A DNA stretch of 64,000 nt, from positions 7,102-71,101 of the forward strand of contig JAFXPY010000004.1 of NCBI GenBank assembly GCA_017527495.1. The letters are read 5' to 3'. Source of the stretch: Paludibacteraceae bacterium (GTDB taxonomy: Bacteria > Bacteroidota > Bacteroidia > Bacteroidales > Paludibacteraceae). A program made the translations under genes and the position numbers. The notes below the pieces were generated by a model. The model made no database searches. It was not told where the DNA came from and saw nothing but the letters and a program-made list of their open reading frames with translations. Within the stretch, counting starts at the first letter, position 1. The number at the start of each line of letters is the position of its first letter. Positions 1-8,572 of this stretch are shown piece by piece.

Positions 1-1038
1 TTTTGTGCCTACAATTTCCAATTCAATCAGTCTGCCTGATGGTCCGCGTTTTATAGGGTTGAGAGCTGTTATTGTGCCAAAGTTGATGCCTGATTTTTTT
101 TCAATCAGTGCAGATAATTCGTTTTGTGAGTAGCGAATAGTCCAGCGGTAGAAATCGGCTGTCTCTTGGTCGTAGTTGTTGAGCACTTGTGATAGCACAG
201 CCTTGTCTGTTGTGTTGCAAAAAGCTTCGGGACTTGACATAATCCATTTGCGTGCTTCGTTCTCTTTGGTTAGGTCGGGTAAGTCTGTGGTTTTGTAATC
301 TCGCAGAGTGGTGAGATAGTCGAAATCTCTATTGTCCCATGCGTTGCTGAAGTGTTCGGTAGCTCCGCCGCAGCACTTATAAAAACGAGCGTCAGCAATA
401 TGTCCATTGTATTTGAGCACTAATCCGCGTGTCTGCTCGATGGCTTCACTGACGTGCTGAGAAACAATGCGCGTAATGCCTTGGTAACGCTGGCAGTGGT
501 CGTCGGAGCAAACGTCGAAATTCCGGTGCGCATCGCGTTCGTACCATTTGATGAGTCTGTCTCTTGTCGCTGTTGGGTAGTGTTGTGGAATAGGCTTTTC
601 AACAATAGGGTAGAGTACCCACGAACGTGAAATGATGGCGTGTGCTTTGAGAAGTTCAAGCGAACTCGTGGCTGACATTTCCGACGAGATGACGCTTTTC
701 AGGTATTCCTCAATGTCGAGTATATTGATGGCGCGAACCTGATTGTTTTCGACGATAAGTCTTAGTGCGCCTTTGAATCGTTGTGTTTCTTGGCGTTGCC
801 AGTGAAAATTGATACCTATCACTACATTATGAATCTCGAAGAAATCGTTGTCGGAAGTAGGCGTGATTAGTAGTTGGCTTTGCGTCTGTAGGTCGTCGAG
901 CTTCAGACCGACAGCACTGCAAGAGCAGGTGTGTTTGCCCGAAATCGTATTGCCATTGTATTGAAATAAACCATGCAGCTCAAAGTCGATTTGCTCAGCC
1001 AACAAAATGCCTATATGTAGTGAATAGGTGTTTTTCAT
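1..1038 (-). CDS. SpoIID/LytB-domain protein (partial; C-terminus lies beyond window start)
   Basis: Absent from the ORF track because no stop lies in the window. Manual translation from the ATG (complement of 1036-1038) gives MKNTYSLHIGILLAEQ... and stays open to position 1 (346 codons). SpoIID-type motifs: SSEM..LELLKAHAIISRSW, FDVCSDDHCQRYQG, ARFYKCCGGATE. Confidence 0.75.
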   Translation of the reverse strand, partial: MKNTYSLHIGILLAEQIDFELHGLFQYNGNTISGKHTCSCSAVGLKLDDLQTQSQLLITPTSDNDFFEIHNVVIGINFHWQRQETQRFKGALRLIVENNQVRAINILDIEEYLKSVISSEMSATSSLELLKAHAIISRSWVLYPIVEKPIPQHYPTATRDRLIKWYERDAHRNFDVCSDDHCQRYQGITRIVSQHVSEAIEQTRGLVLKYNGHIADARFYKCCGGATEHFSNAWDNRDFDYLTTLRDYKTTDLPDLTKENEARKWIMSSPEAFCNTTDKAVLSQVLNNYDQETADFYRWTIRYSQNELSALIEKKSGINFGTITALNPIKRGPSGRLIELEIVGTK

Positions 1039-1042
1039 AAAG

Positions 1043-1084
1043 TCTCACTTCTCACTTCTAATGTCTCACTTCTCACATCTCACT
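1043..1084. repeat. heptamer tract (sense strand GTGAGAA) spanning the GT2 stop codon and the SpoIID leader
   Basis: tctcact tctcact tctaatg tctcact tctcaca tctcact. The GT2 C-terminus ..RVRCEK* is encoded by GTGAGATGTGAGAAGTGA. Confidence 0.85.
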
Positions 1085-2508
1085 CTTGCCATAAGTTCCC
1101 ATGTGCGTATGCGGTCTTTGTAGAGGTTGTTAGCGTTCATGGTAATGATGTCGCAGTTGGCGTCGGAATTATCTTCCCAGCGGCGGCAGTTGTAGAGAAC
1201 ATCATATATTCGTCCGATTTGATATTCTCTGCTTATGCGTAAGGCAACGGCATAGTCTTCGCCATATTTAGTGGTGGGGAAATTGATTTGTCGGAGCAGT
1301 GGGGTGTAAAAAGCGCGTGGGGCACCGAGTCCGTTGATACGCAAAGCGTTGTTGCGTCCGTTCTCCGGTGTCCATTCTTTATGGTCAATAACTCCGGGAG
1401 GAATAGGATTGGAATTGAAATCAGTCAGTTGGTAAGTGCCAATAACCATAGCTACATTTTGTTCGTAGAAGGCATCAACTATTTTCTGTATAGTGTCGGG
1501 TCCTGAATAGACATCGTCGGAATCGAGCTGAATAGCAAAGCGTCCGCATTTAGGGTGATGGAAAGCCGCGTTCCAGTTGCCGCCAATGCCGTGCCATGTA
1601 CGGTCTTGAGCAACATAAATCAGTCGTGGGTCGTTGGCAAATGACTTGATTATTTCCACAGTGCCGTCAGTTGAATTGTCGTCAACAACAATGACATTGA
1701 ATTTATATTTAGTTTGTTGGCTTAGAGCAGAGCTTATGGCATCTTTTATTGTGCGTGCTCTGTTTTTGCAAGGAATAACGACCGATGCGTCATACTCAAA
1801 CTCGCCGTCGTTGCTGAAATCAATCTGTTTGAATTTTGGTTCTAAAAAGCCTCCGATATGTTTTAGATGGTCGGTACAGGCTTGTTCCATTTCGATTTGT
1901 ACACTACGATTTTTAGGATCAACATAGTCGAAAAGTTTCTCACCTGATTTACGGGTGTCGAGTTCAACATCGTAGTAGATAAATTCGTTGATATGTACAA
2001 AGGCTCCCAATCTCGATAGGTGCAGGCGCAGGTCGTATAATCCGGCGGCGTTGTAGTCTTTGTCCATCTGTGCAGCGGCTTGTTTGAGGGCATCTGTGCG
2101 CAGGAGCAGTACTGAACCGAAATCGAAATCGTCGCGAAGTGAACCGAATTGATAGTCGATGACGGGTGCGTTGCTGACAATGCCGTCTTTTTTGTTGAAA
2201 TGGTCAGCGTAAGCCATGACGCTGTCGCTATCGCGGAGAATGTCGCACATGCGCTGCAAAGCGTAATGAACAAATTCCGTAGTGGTGTATTTAGTTAGCA
2301 GGAGAGTATATGGAGCGGTAGCACATTCGGCAATTTGCTTCATAGTGCGTGTGCTCTTTAGTGAATCAATCTGAATAGTTGTGTAGTTTGCATTTTGGCA
2401 ATTCTGACTGAGTAAGAAAATTCGGTCAATCAGAGGTTCTTTGTTGAGATTTTCAAGCGTGAATTTGGCTTGCTCAATGTTTTCAAAAGGTACGAAACAA
2501 TCAATCAT
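1066..2508 (-). CDS. glycosyltransferase family 2 protein with ~250-aa N-terminal domain of unknown function
   Basis: ORF 1066..2592. The C-terminal half carries the GT2 signature VVIPCKNRARTIKDAISS..VIVVDDNSTDGT..QLDSDD. Start trimmed to ATG 2508 (MIDCFVPF) because a -7 box (CAAAGATA on + strand, 2537-2544) lies inside the longer ORF. Confidence 0.8.
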   Translation of the reverse strand: MIDCFVPFENIEQAKFTLENLNKEPLIDRIFLLSQNCQNANYTTIQIDSLKSTRTMKQIAECATAPYTLLLTKYTTTEFVHYALQRMCDILRDSDSVMAYADHFNKKDGIVSNAPVIDYQFGSLRDDFDFGSVLLLRTDALKQAAAQMDKDYNAAGLYDLRLHLSRLGAFVHINEFIYYDVELDTRKSGEKLFDYVDPKNRSVQIEMEQACTDHLKHIGGFLEPKFKQIDFSNDGEFEYDASVVIPCKNRARTIKDAISSALSQQTKYKFNVIVVDDNSTDGTVEIIKSFANDPRLIYVAQDRTWHGIGGNWNAAFHHPKCGRFAIQLDSDDVYSGPDTIQKIVDAFYEQNVAMVIGTYQLTDFNSNPIPPGVIDHKEWTPENGRNNALRINGLGAPRAFYTPLLRQINFPTTKYGEDYAVALRISREYQIGRIYDVLYNCRRWEDNSDANCDIITMNANNLYKDRIRTWELMARVRCEK

Positions 2509-2655
2509 AATGCAGGTATTTAGAAGATTAGATTTGCAAAGATACAATATTTTGTTAAAACATGCAAATTTTAGTGAAAGAAGTTGGAGCAAAGACCGCT
2601 ATGTTGAAAGACAAAAAACAATTATTTTGTTTGGTCAACAATTACACGAAACAAT

Positions 2656-3040
2656 TTATCTACTAATTATTCGAATTAACACGAATTTTGTTTAGTCCAC
2701 AATTAAAGACAATTATTCGCTTTCATTCGTCAAATTCGTTTTCTAAAAAAGGTTCACTAATTAATCGAATTAAACTAATTATTTGCTTTCAATTCGTCAA
2801 ATTCGTTTTCTATGTTGTCAGCAGAGAAAACAGAGAAAGCAGAAAATTCGCTTTCATTCGTCAAATTCGTTTTCTAAAGTTGTCCGCAGATAGAGCAAAT
2901 AAAGCATTATTCGTTTTCATTCGTCAAATTCATTTTCTAAAAAAGGTTCACAAATTAATCAAATTAAACTAATTATTCGCTTTCAATTCGTCAAATTCGT
3001 TTTCTAAAAAAAGGTTCACTAATTAATCGAATTAAAAACT
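2656..3040. repeat. tandem ~65-bp array: 35-bp core ATTATTCGCTTTCATTCGTCAAATTCGTTTTCTAA (5 good copies plus 1 diverged) alternating with two recurring ~30-bp spacer types
   Basis: Core copies at 2712-2747, 2778-2812, 2843-2878, 2906-2942 and 2972-3008, with a diverged copy at 2666-2695. Spacer A (AAAGGTTCACTAATTAATCGAATTAAACTA) occurs 3 times. Spacer B occurs 2 times. Each core holds three ATTCG pentamers spaced 10 and 9 nt apart. Confidence 0.9.
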
Positions 3041-3045
3041 AATTT

Positions 3046-3240
3046 AAGTACTTAATGTGTTACATTATAAGAACTTGTTTATGTCTGATTCAAAGGCAAA
3101 AAACCGCTTTAGCGGTTTCATATTAATAGAAATATTATATACCCATTCCATCTCTCCCTACCGCGTTAGCGGTTACATATTAAAATGCTATGCTTTAAAT
3201 TTGAATAATTGACAATGTGCAACCACTACGTGGTTGTTGT
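3046..3240 (+). repeat. hairpin-bearing intergenic element, copy 1 (colinear with 38557-38708 and 46855-46990)
   Basis: Shared string AAGTA.TTAATGTGT.A.ATTATA.G.ACTTG.T.ATGTC.GATT.AAAGGCAAAAAACCGCTTTAGCGGTT.CATATTAA. Hairpins at 3101-3118 (AAACCGC-TTTA-GCGGTTT), 3159-3174 (TACCGC-GTTA-GCGGTA) and 3221-3235 (AACCAC-TAC-GTGGTT). A further hairpin lies at 3281-3297. Confidence 0.85.
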
Positions 3241-3346
3241 GGTTGTTGTGTTTGTAATTTTGATTATATCTATTTATATGCAACGGCTACGCCGTTGAGT
3301 GCCGAGATTATATAAATTGTAGTAATATGCGAAACTTAAAAAACTA

Positions 3347-3379
3347 ATTATTCGCTTTCATTCGTATAATTCGTTTTCC
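3347..3379. repeat. orphan copy of the 35-bp ATTATTCGCTTTCATTCG... core, ~85 bp upstream of the kinase/murA/murB promoter box
   Basis: ATTATTCGCTTTCATTCGTATAATTCGTTTTCC matches the array core at 2712-3008. Confidence 0.85.
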
Positions 3380-3464
3380 CCACAAAAATGTACATATCAG
3401 TATTACAAATTCGTTGTATTTGCGTATTTTTTTTGATTTATTTGCATATTTAGTGTTTTTTTTG

Positions 3465-3472
3465 TACTTTTG
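3465..3472 (+). promoter_or_regulatory. candidate Bacteroidetes -7 promoter box (TAnnTTTG) for kinase-murA-murB
   Basis: TACTTTTG, 23 nt before ATG 3495. Confidence 0.55.
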
Positions 3473-3494
3473 CGTATCTAAAAACACAACTAAT

Positions 3495-4343
3495 ATGAAA
3501 CTTATAGTAGATAGTGGGTCAACCAATGCGCAATGGGTGCTGTTGGCTCGTAATGGCGACTTTACCAAAGTTCGCACCGATGGTATCAATCCTTTCTATC
3601 AGACTCGTGAGGGAATGAAAAACACCATTCAAAATCAGTTACTTCCTCAGATAGCTCATTTGCTTTGGGTTGGGCCGATAGAGAATGTGTATTTCTATGG
3701 TGCAGGATGTACGCCCGAAAAAATACCTTTTGTAGCCGAAGCACTTCAGATGTGTTTTCGCAAGGCAGAAGTGAGTGTGGAAAATGATGCAGTAGGAGCA
3801 TGTCGAGCATTGCTGGGTGACAGAGAAGGCATAGCTTGCATCCTCGGAACAGGCTCAAATTCGTGTCATTTCGATGGCGAAAAAATAGTGAAAAATGTGT
3901 CACCTCTCGGCTTTATATTAGGAGATGAAGGTAGTGGTGCTGTACTGGGAAAACTCTTAGTCGCTGATGTGCTGAAAAATCAGTTGCCAAAAGAAGTGTG
4001 CGATATGTTTCTCAATGAGTACAACACCAACAAAGCCGACATACTTGAGAATGTCTATCGTCGTCCGTTCCCCAATCGCTATTTGGCAAGTCTGTCAGAG
4101 TTTTGTGCTCGTCACATTGAGGTACCTGAGCTTCGGGCTCTTGTATATCGCAATTTTGATTCATTCGTAAAGCGTAATGTAGCTCAATATCCGCAAAATC
4201 TCCCAATAGGTTTTGTGGGTTCAATAGCATATTACTATCGCGAAATACTTGAAGAAGTGTTGAACGCTAATGGCCTACAGCTTGAAAACATACTTCAATC
4301 GCCTATTGATGGATTGACACAATATCATAAAGAAAAAGAATAA
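3495..4343 (+). CDS. BadF/BadG/BcrA/BcrD-type ATPase; GlcNAc/MurNAc-kinase-like sugar kinase
   Basis: ORF 3414..4343 trimmed to ATG 3495. MKLIVDSGSTNAQW is an ASKHA phosphate-1 motif; GTGSN and LGDEGSG follow. A -7 box lies at 3465-3472. The gene ends 4 bp upstream of murA. Confidence 0.8.
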   Translation: MKLIVDSGSTNAQWVLLARNGDFTKVRTDGINPFYQTREGMKNTIQNQLLPQIAHLLWVGPIENVYFYGAGCTPEKIPFVAEALQMCFRKAEVSVENDAVGACRALLGDREGIACILGTGSNSCHFDGEKIVKNVSPLGFILGDEGSGAVLGKLLVADVLKNQLPKEVCDMFLNEYNTNKADILENVYRRPFPNRYLASLSEFCARHIEVPELRALVYRNFDSFVKRNVAQYPQNLPIGFVGSIAYYYREILEEVLNANGLQLENILQSPIDGLTQYHKEKE

Positions 4344-4346
4344 TCT

Positions 4347-5654
4347 ATGGCATCATTTATCGTTGAGGGAGGACATAAACTTCACGGTTCAATCAAGCCG
4401 CAGGGTGCAAAAAACGAGGCATTACAAGTGTTGTGTGCCACTCTGCTCACGCGAGAAGAAGTGATAATCGACAATGTGCCTAACATCCTTGACATCAACA
4501 ACTTGATTCTCTTGCTCCAAGACATGGGTGTGCAGGTCAGTCGTTTGGCAAAAGGCAAATATCGTTTTTGTGCAGCAGATTTGAACACTGATTATCTTGA
4601 TTCCTCTGAGTTTCTCAAAAACTGCTCGCGTTTGCGTGGCTCGGTGATGATTATCGGACCACTCCTTGCCAGATTGGGACATGTCTGTTATGCCAAACCG
4701 GGAGGCGATAAGATAGGTCGCCGCCGTTTGGACACTCATTTTGTCGGATTGATGAATCTTGGAGCACAACTCAACTATGACAATGAAAAAGGTGCATATA
4801 TCTTTGATGCTCAACAGCTGACAGGTGTATATATGCAACTTGACGAAGCGTCGGTTACAGGTACTGCCAACATCCTTATGGCTGCCGTTCTTGCCAAAGG
4901 AACCACAACAATCTATAATGCTGCCTGCGAGCCTTATGTGCAACAACTCTGTCGTCTGCTCAACAACATGGGAGCCAAAATCAGCGGAGTGGGGAGTAAC
5001 CTGCTGACTATCGAAGGCGTCGAACAGCTGCATGGCGCACAACACACTATGTTGCCCGACATGATTGAAGTAGGTTCATTCATTGGTATGGCGGCAATAA
5101 CAGGCAGCGAACTGACAATAAAAAACACCTCGTATCGCAACCTCGGCATCATACCTGATGTGTTCCGCCGACTCGGCATAAAACTTGAACAAAGGGGCGA
5201 CGACATTTATATTCCGGCGCAAGAGCATTACGAGATAGAAACATTTATGGACGGAAGCATACTGACCGTCGCCGATGCGCCATGGCCCGGATTTACCCCT
5301 GACTTATTGTCGGTCATACTTGTCGTGGCAACGCAAGCAAAAGGTTCGGTACTCATACACCAAAAGATGTTCGAGAGTCGTCTTTTCTTTGTCGATAAAC
5401 TCATAGACATGGGGGCACAGATAATACTTTGCGACCCGCACCGAGCTGTCGTTATCGGTCATGACCATAAAATCAACCTCCGCAAAAACAATATGGTCTC
5501 GCCAGATATCCGTGCCGGTATAGCACTGCTCATTGCTGCCATGTCGGCAGAAGGGACAAGTCGTATAGACCATATCGACCAAATTGACCGAGGATATGAA
5601 AATATTGAGAAACGCCTCAATGCAATAGGGGCAAAAATACAAAGAGCTGAGTAA
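4347..5654 (+). CDS. murA: UDP-N-acetylglucosamine 1-carboxyvinyltransferase
   Basis: 435 aa. The N-terminus FIVEGGHKLHGSIKPQGAKNEALQVLCATLLT and the length are typical of MurA. Confidence 0.95.
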   Translation: MASFIVEGGHKLHGSIKPQGAKNEALQVLCATLLTREEVIIDNVPNILDINNLILLLQDMGVQVSRLAKGKYRFCAADLNTDYLDSSEFLKNCSRLRGSVMIIGPLLARLGHVCYAKPGGDKIGRRRLDTHFVGLMNLGAQLNYDNEKGAYIFDAQQLTGVYMQLDEASVTGTANILMAAVLAKGTTTIYNAACEPYVQQLCRLLNNMGAKISGVGSNLLTIEGVEQLHGAQHTMLPDMIEVGSFIGMAAITGSELTIKNTSYRNLGIIPDVFRRLGIKLEQRGDDIYIPAQEHYEIETFMDGSILTVADAPWPGFTPDLLSVILVVATQAKGSVLIHQKMFESRLFFVDKLIDMGAQIILCDPHRAVVIGHDHKINLRKNNMVSPDIRAGIALLIAAMSAEGTSRIDHIDQIDRGYENIEKRLNAIGAKIQRAE

Positions 5655-5658
5655 ATAT

Positions 5659-6660
5659 ATGATAATCAACGAATACGACAATTACTCATTATTGCAATGG
5701 AACACTTTCGGACTTGATGTCAAAGCCCGTAAGTTTGTTGAATACGATTGTATAGCAGCGCTAAAAGAGGTGTTGCGGAAATATAAAGGAGAACCCTTGT
5801 TGCATATAGGTCGGGGAAGTAACCTTTTGTTTCTCAATGATTTTGAAGGTGTAGTGCTTCATTCAACAATGAATCATGTCGTTGTGATGAGAGAGACTGC
5901 CAAAGATGTGTATGTGTCGGTCAGTGGTGGTATGGTGTTCGACGATTTTGTGGCAGAGTGTGTTCGTCGCGGTTGGTGGGGAGCCGAAAATCTGTCGTAT
6001 ATACCGGGTGAAGTAGGGGCAAGTGCAGTGCAGAATATCGGAGCATACGGAGTGGAAGCAAAAGATATAATCAGCAGCGTTGTAACAATGAATGTTAAGA
6101 CCCTTGAATTGCGCACATTTACCAATGCAGAATGTCAATATGGCTATCGTGATAGTGTGTTTAAAGGGCGTTTAAAAGGTAAATATATAGTGTTGAGTGT
6201 GCTTTTTCATTTGAGTAAGTTGCCTTGTCCGAAATTGGATTATGGCAATGTTCGGGCCAATCTCTCAGAAAATCCTTCACTCAGTGAGATACGCGACACG
6301 ATAATTCGTATTCGCCGTCAGAAATTGCCCGAAGTGAATGAGTTGGGCAGTGCCGGCAGTTTCTTCAAAAACCCTATTGTGAGCGAACGCAAATTCAAGT
6401 CAATTCAGAAAAAATATGGTGAAGTACCTCATTTCCTCACCGACAAAGGAGTTAAGATACCCGCAGCATGGCTGATTTCACAAGTCGGAATGAAAGGTGT
6501 GTACCATGGTGGAGCACAAGTGTATGAAAAACAACCGCTTGTCATAGTTAATGCCAATCATGCCACATCAGACGATATAGCACAATTAGCAGCGGAAATA
6601 GTAGAAAAAGTCAAGACAACATTCGGAATAAAGATTTCACCTGAAGTCAATTATATATAA
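5659..6660 (+). CDS. murB: UDP-N-acetylenolpyruvoylglucosamine reductase
   Basis: 333 aa. Contains NTFGLDVKA..GRGSNLLF (FAD-binding) and a C-terminal MurB domain. Starts 4 bp after murA. Confidence 0.93.
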   Translation: MIINEYDNYSLLQWNTFGLDVKARKFVEYDCIAALKEVLRKYKGEPLLHIGRGSNLLFLNDFEGVVLHSTMNHVVVMRETAKDVYVSVSGGMVFDDFVAECVRRGWWGAENLSYIPGEVGASAVQNIGAYGVEAKDIISSVVTMNVKTLELRTFTNAECQYGYRDSVFKGRLKGKYIVLSVLFHLSKLPCPKLDYGNVRANLSENPSLSEIRDTIIRIRRQKLPEVNELGSAGSFFKNPIVSERKFKSIQKKYGEVPHFLTDKGVKIPAAWLISQVGMKGVYHGGAQVYEKQPLVIVNANHATSDDIAQLAAEIVEKVKTTFGIKISPEVNYI

Positions 6661-6684
6661 GAGGTGAGAGGTGAGAGGTGAGAT
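6661..6684 (+). repeat. heptamer tract GAGGTGA x3 immediately after the murB stop
   Basis: TAA GAGGTGA GAGGTGA GAGGTGA G. TGA falls in all three frames. Confidence 0.85.
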
Positions 6685-6737
6685 GCAAGAAGGCTACGCC
6701 GTAATTTTAGAAGTGGGGAAGTTTAGTTATTTACTAT

Positions 6738-6768
6738 AAATGGCGTACAGAAATGTACGCCATTTTTT
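6738..6768 (+). terminator. intrinsic terminator after murB
   Basis: AAATGGCGTACA-GAAA-TGTACGCCATTT followed by TTT. Confidence 0.75.
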
Positions 6769-6775
6769 GTGATAG

Positions 6776-6807
6776 AAATCTTCAAATCTTGAAATCTTGA
6801 AATCTTC
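6776..6807. repeat. period-8 repeat AAATCTTS x4 just downstream of the DUF4301-like gene
   Basis: aaatcttc aaatcttg aaatcttg aaatcttc. This is the reverse complement of the GAAGATTT units at 17643-17750 and 46653-46679. Confidence 0.85.
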
Positions 6808-6812
6808 ACATC

Positions 6813-8318
6813 CTATTGGTGCTGTGGTCTGAGGAGGTCATTGACAGTCTTGACCGGATTGAATGTCTCGATAGGTACTTCAACAAATATCGTGTTCCAA
6901 TCGCTCATCGCGCCATTCCATAAGCCTGGCAACTCAAGTGCTTTCAAATCGCGACCATTCTTTGATTTCGATGAGATAAAACCTGTTTTCTTATCTACAT
7001 ATTTAGTTAGATCGAACTGATTGCCTTTATAGTCGCGTGTGGCGCAAACGAGGTCAACAGGATTGAAGTGTGTGGCATTGCGCATCCAAGAAGGGTCGGC
7101 AATTTGTGAACTCTCTAAAATTTGCGGACTAACCGAGCCGTCGGCATTAACGGTCAGATACGGACCGCCGCCAGGCTCACCCTCGTTCTTCACCATACCG
7201 CAAACACGCATCGGGCGGTTCAATTTTCCAATCAAATACTTGCGCAACTCATCGTGTGACATAGCTGAAGTGTCAAAATCGTTGAACAACTTAGATTTGC
7301 AGAACTGATTGATGATAGATAGTTTGGCATCAGAGATATTCTCGTTCTCTAATTCGCGAAGGTAGGCAAATGTTTGTTGTTGCAAGCTGACTAATATGCC
7401 GGCAATTAATTTCTTGTACTCCACAGTAGGTTCTTTGAGACGGTCGGGCACAACATTGTCGATATTCTTGATGAATATAACATCTGCTTTTTGGTCGTTG
7501 AGGTTAGCAATCAATGCGCCATGTCCTCCGGGACGGAACAGAAGTGAGCCGTCATCGTTGCGGAAAGGCTGATTGTCGGCTGTGCCGGCAATGGTGTCTG
7601 TCGATTTCTGTTGTTCAGAGAAATTAATCTTGAACTGAACACCATAGCGTTGTTGATAAGCTTCTAAATGCGAACGCAGATGTGTAGCAAAAAGAGTCCG
7701 GTGCTCAGGCGAGATGGTGAAGTGGAGATTCACAATATTGTCGGCACCTTTTGCATACTGAACGCCCTCAACAAGATGTTCAAGTGCCGGAGTGCGGTTC
7801 TCGTCAGGGTAGGAATGGAAAAGAAGCAGTCCCTTTGGCAACTGACCATAATTCAAACCGCGAGCAAAAAGCAGTTCTTCAACCACCAAATAGTCTTTGC
7901 CGTCGGCAATGAGTTGGTCAATAGACGCACCTTCGTTCTCAACACATTTCTTGTTTAGAACATCAAAGAAGGCAAATTTGTGGATAGAAGCAAAGAATTG
8001 TTTGATGAAATCGGTGTGCTCATGATTGTCGGCAAACTCAAACAAGTTTTTGAACATGCGACTTGCAGCACCTGAGGCAGGAACGAATTTCAGCACCTTA
8101 TGGTTGGTGTCTTGCAGATAGGTGTCCCATGTGTTGAGAAAAGCTTTTTTCTCCTCATCGGTAGGTTTGAGAATACCATTACCTATAGTTGCTGCACCGC
8201 GAATTTCCAAATCAGGGAAACCATTTTTGAGGTCGGCGAGCTGTTGCTCTACTTGCTCCACGCTGATGCCGAGGGAGGCTAATTGAGCCAAGTCTTTTTC
8301 GGTAAATTGTGTTTTCAT
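6813..8318 (-). CDS. DUF4301-like protein (UDP-sugar pyrophosphorylase-like fold, function unknown)
   Basis: ORF 6813..8351 trimmed to ATG 8318 (MKTQFTEKDLAQL) because a -7 box (8357-8364) abuts the longer start. The PGGHGAL motif and ~500 aa length match the DUF4301 family as I remember it; not searched. Confidence 0.65.
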   Translation of the reverse strand: MKTQFTEKDLAQLASLGISVEQVEQQLADLKNGFPDLEIRGAATIGNGILKPTDEEKKAFLNTWDTYLQDTNHKVLKFVPASGAASRMFKNLFEFADNHEHTDFIKQFFASIHKFAFFDVLNKKCVENEGASIDQLIADGKDYLVVEELLFARGLNYGQLPKGLLLFHSYPDENRTPALEHLVEGVQYAKGADNIVNLHFTISPEHRTLFATHLRSHLEAYQQRYGVQFKINFSEQQKSTDTIAGTADNQPFRNDDGSLLFRPGGHGALIANLNDQKADVIFIKNIDNVVPDRLKEPTVEYKKLIAGILVSLQQQTFAYLRELENENISDAKLSIINQFCKSKLFNDFDTSAMSHDELRKYLIGKLNRPMRVCGMVKNEGEPGGGPYLTVNADGSVSPQILESSQIADPSWMRNATHFNPVDLVCATRDYKGNQFDLTKYVDKKTGFISSKSKNGRDLKALELPGLWNGAMSDWNTIFVEVPIETFNPVKTVNDLLRPQHQ

Positions 8319-8492
8319 TGTGTATGTGTTTTTTTTAATTCTTTTTGTCAAGTACGCAAAATTACTTAAAATTTTCTAATTATCACACAAAATTGACACA
8401 AAAAAAATATCAAAAGCAAAAATCTACAAAAAAGTGATAAAAAATCTACTTTTTATTTTGCAGAAAATATTGTGTTATTTCTAAAAAACTAT

Positions 8493-8500
8493 TAATTTTG
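8493..8500 (+). promoter_or_regulatory. candidate -7 box for the SusC/SusD/PL1 cluster
   Basis: TAATTTTG, 73 nt before ATG 8573. Confidence 0.5.
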
Positions 8501-8572
8501 TAACCGAAGAATTAATAAATAATTCGGAAAAACACAAAAAACATTAAATTATAACTAACAAAAACACAAACC

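Noticed and set aside
2712-3008. Repeat-spacer periodicity (35-bp repeats, ~30-bp spacers) that could be read as a CRISPR array
   Set aside because: The repeats are imperfect and AT-rich. The spacers are not unique (type A x3, type B x2), so it is a higher-order tandem repeat. No cas genes or leader-like features are in the window.
2688-3589. ORFs 2688..2972 (+) and 3344..3589 (-) in the GT2/kinase intergenic region
   Set aside because: They read straight through the tandem repeat units or the promoter region. Their low-complexity translations give no support.
4422-5045. 207-aa antisense ORF inside murA, and similar antisense ORFs in rnr (22020..22685), dnaN, the RND pump and eno
   Set aside because: They are fully embedded in strongly supported conserved genes and show no recognisable motifs. 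They are typical shadow ORFs.
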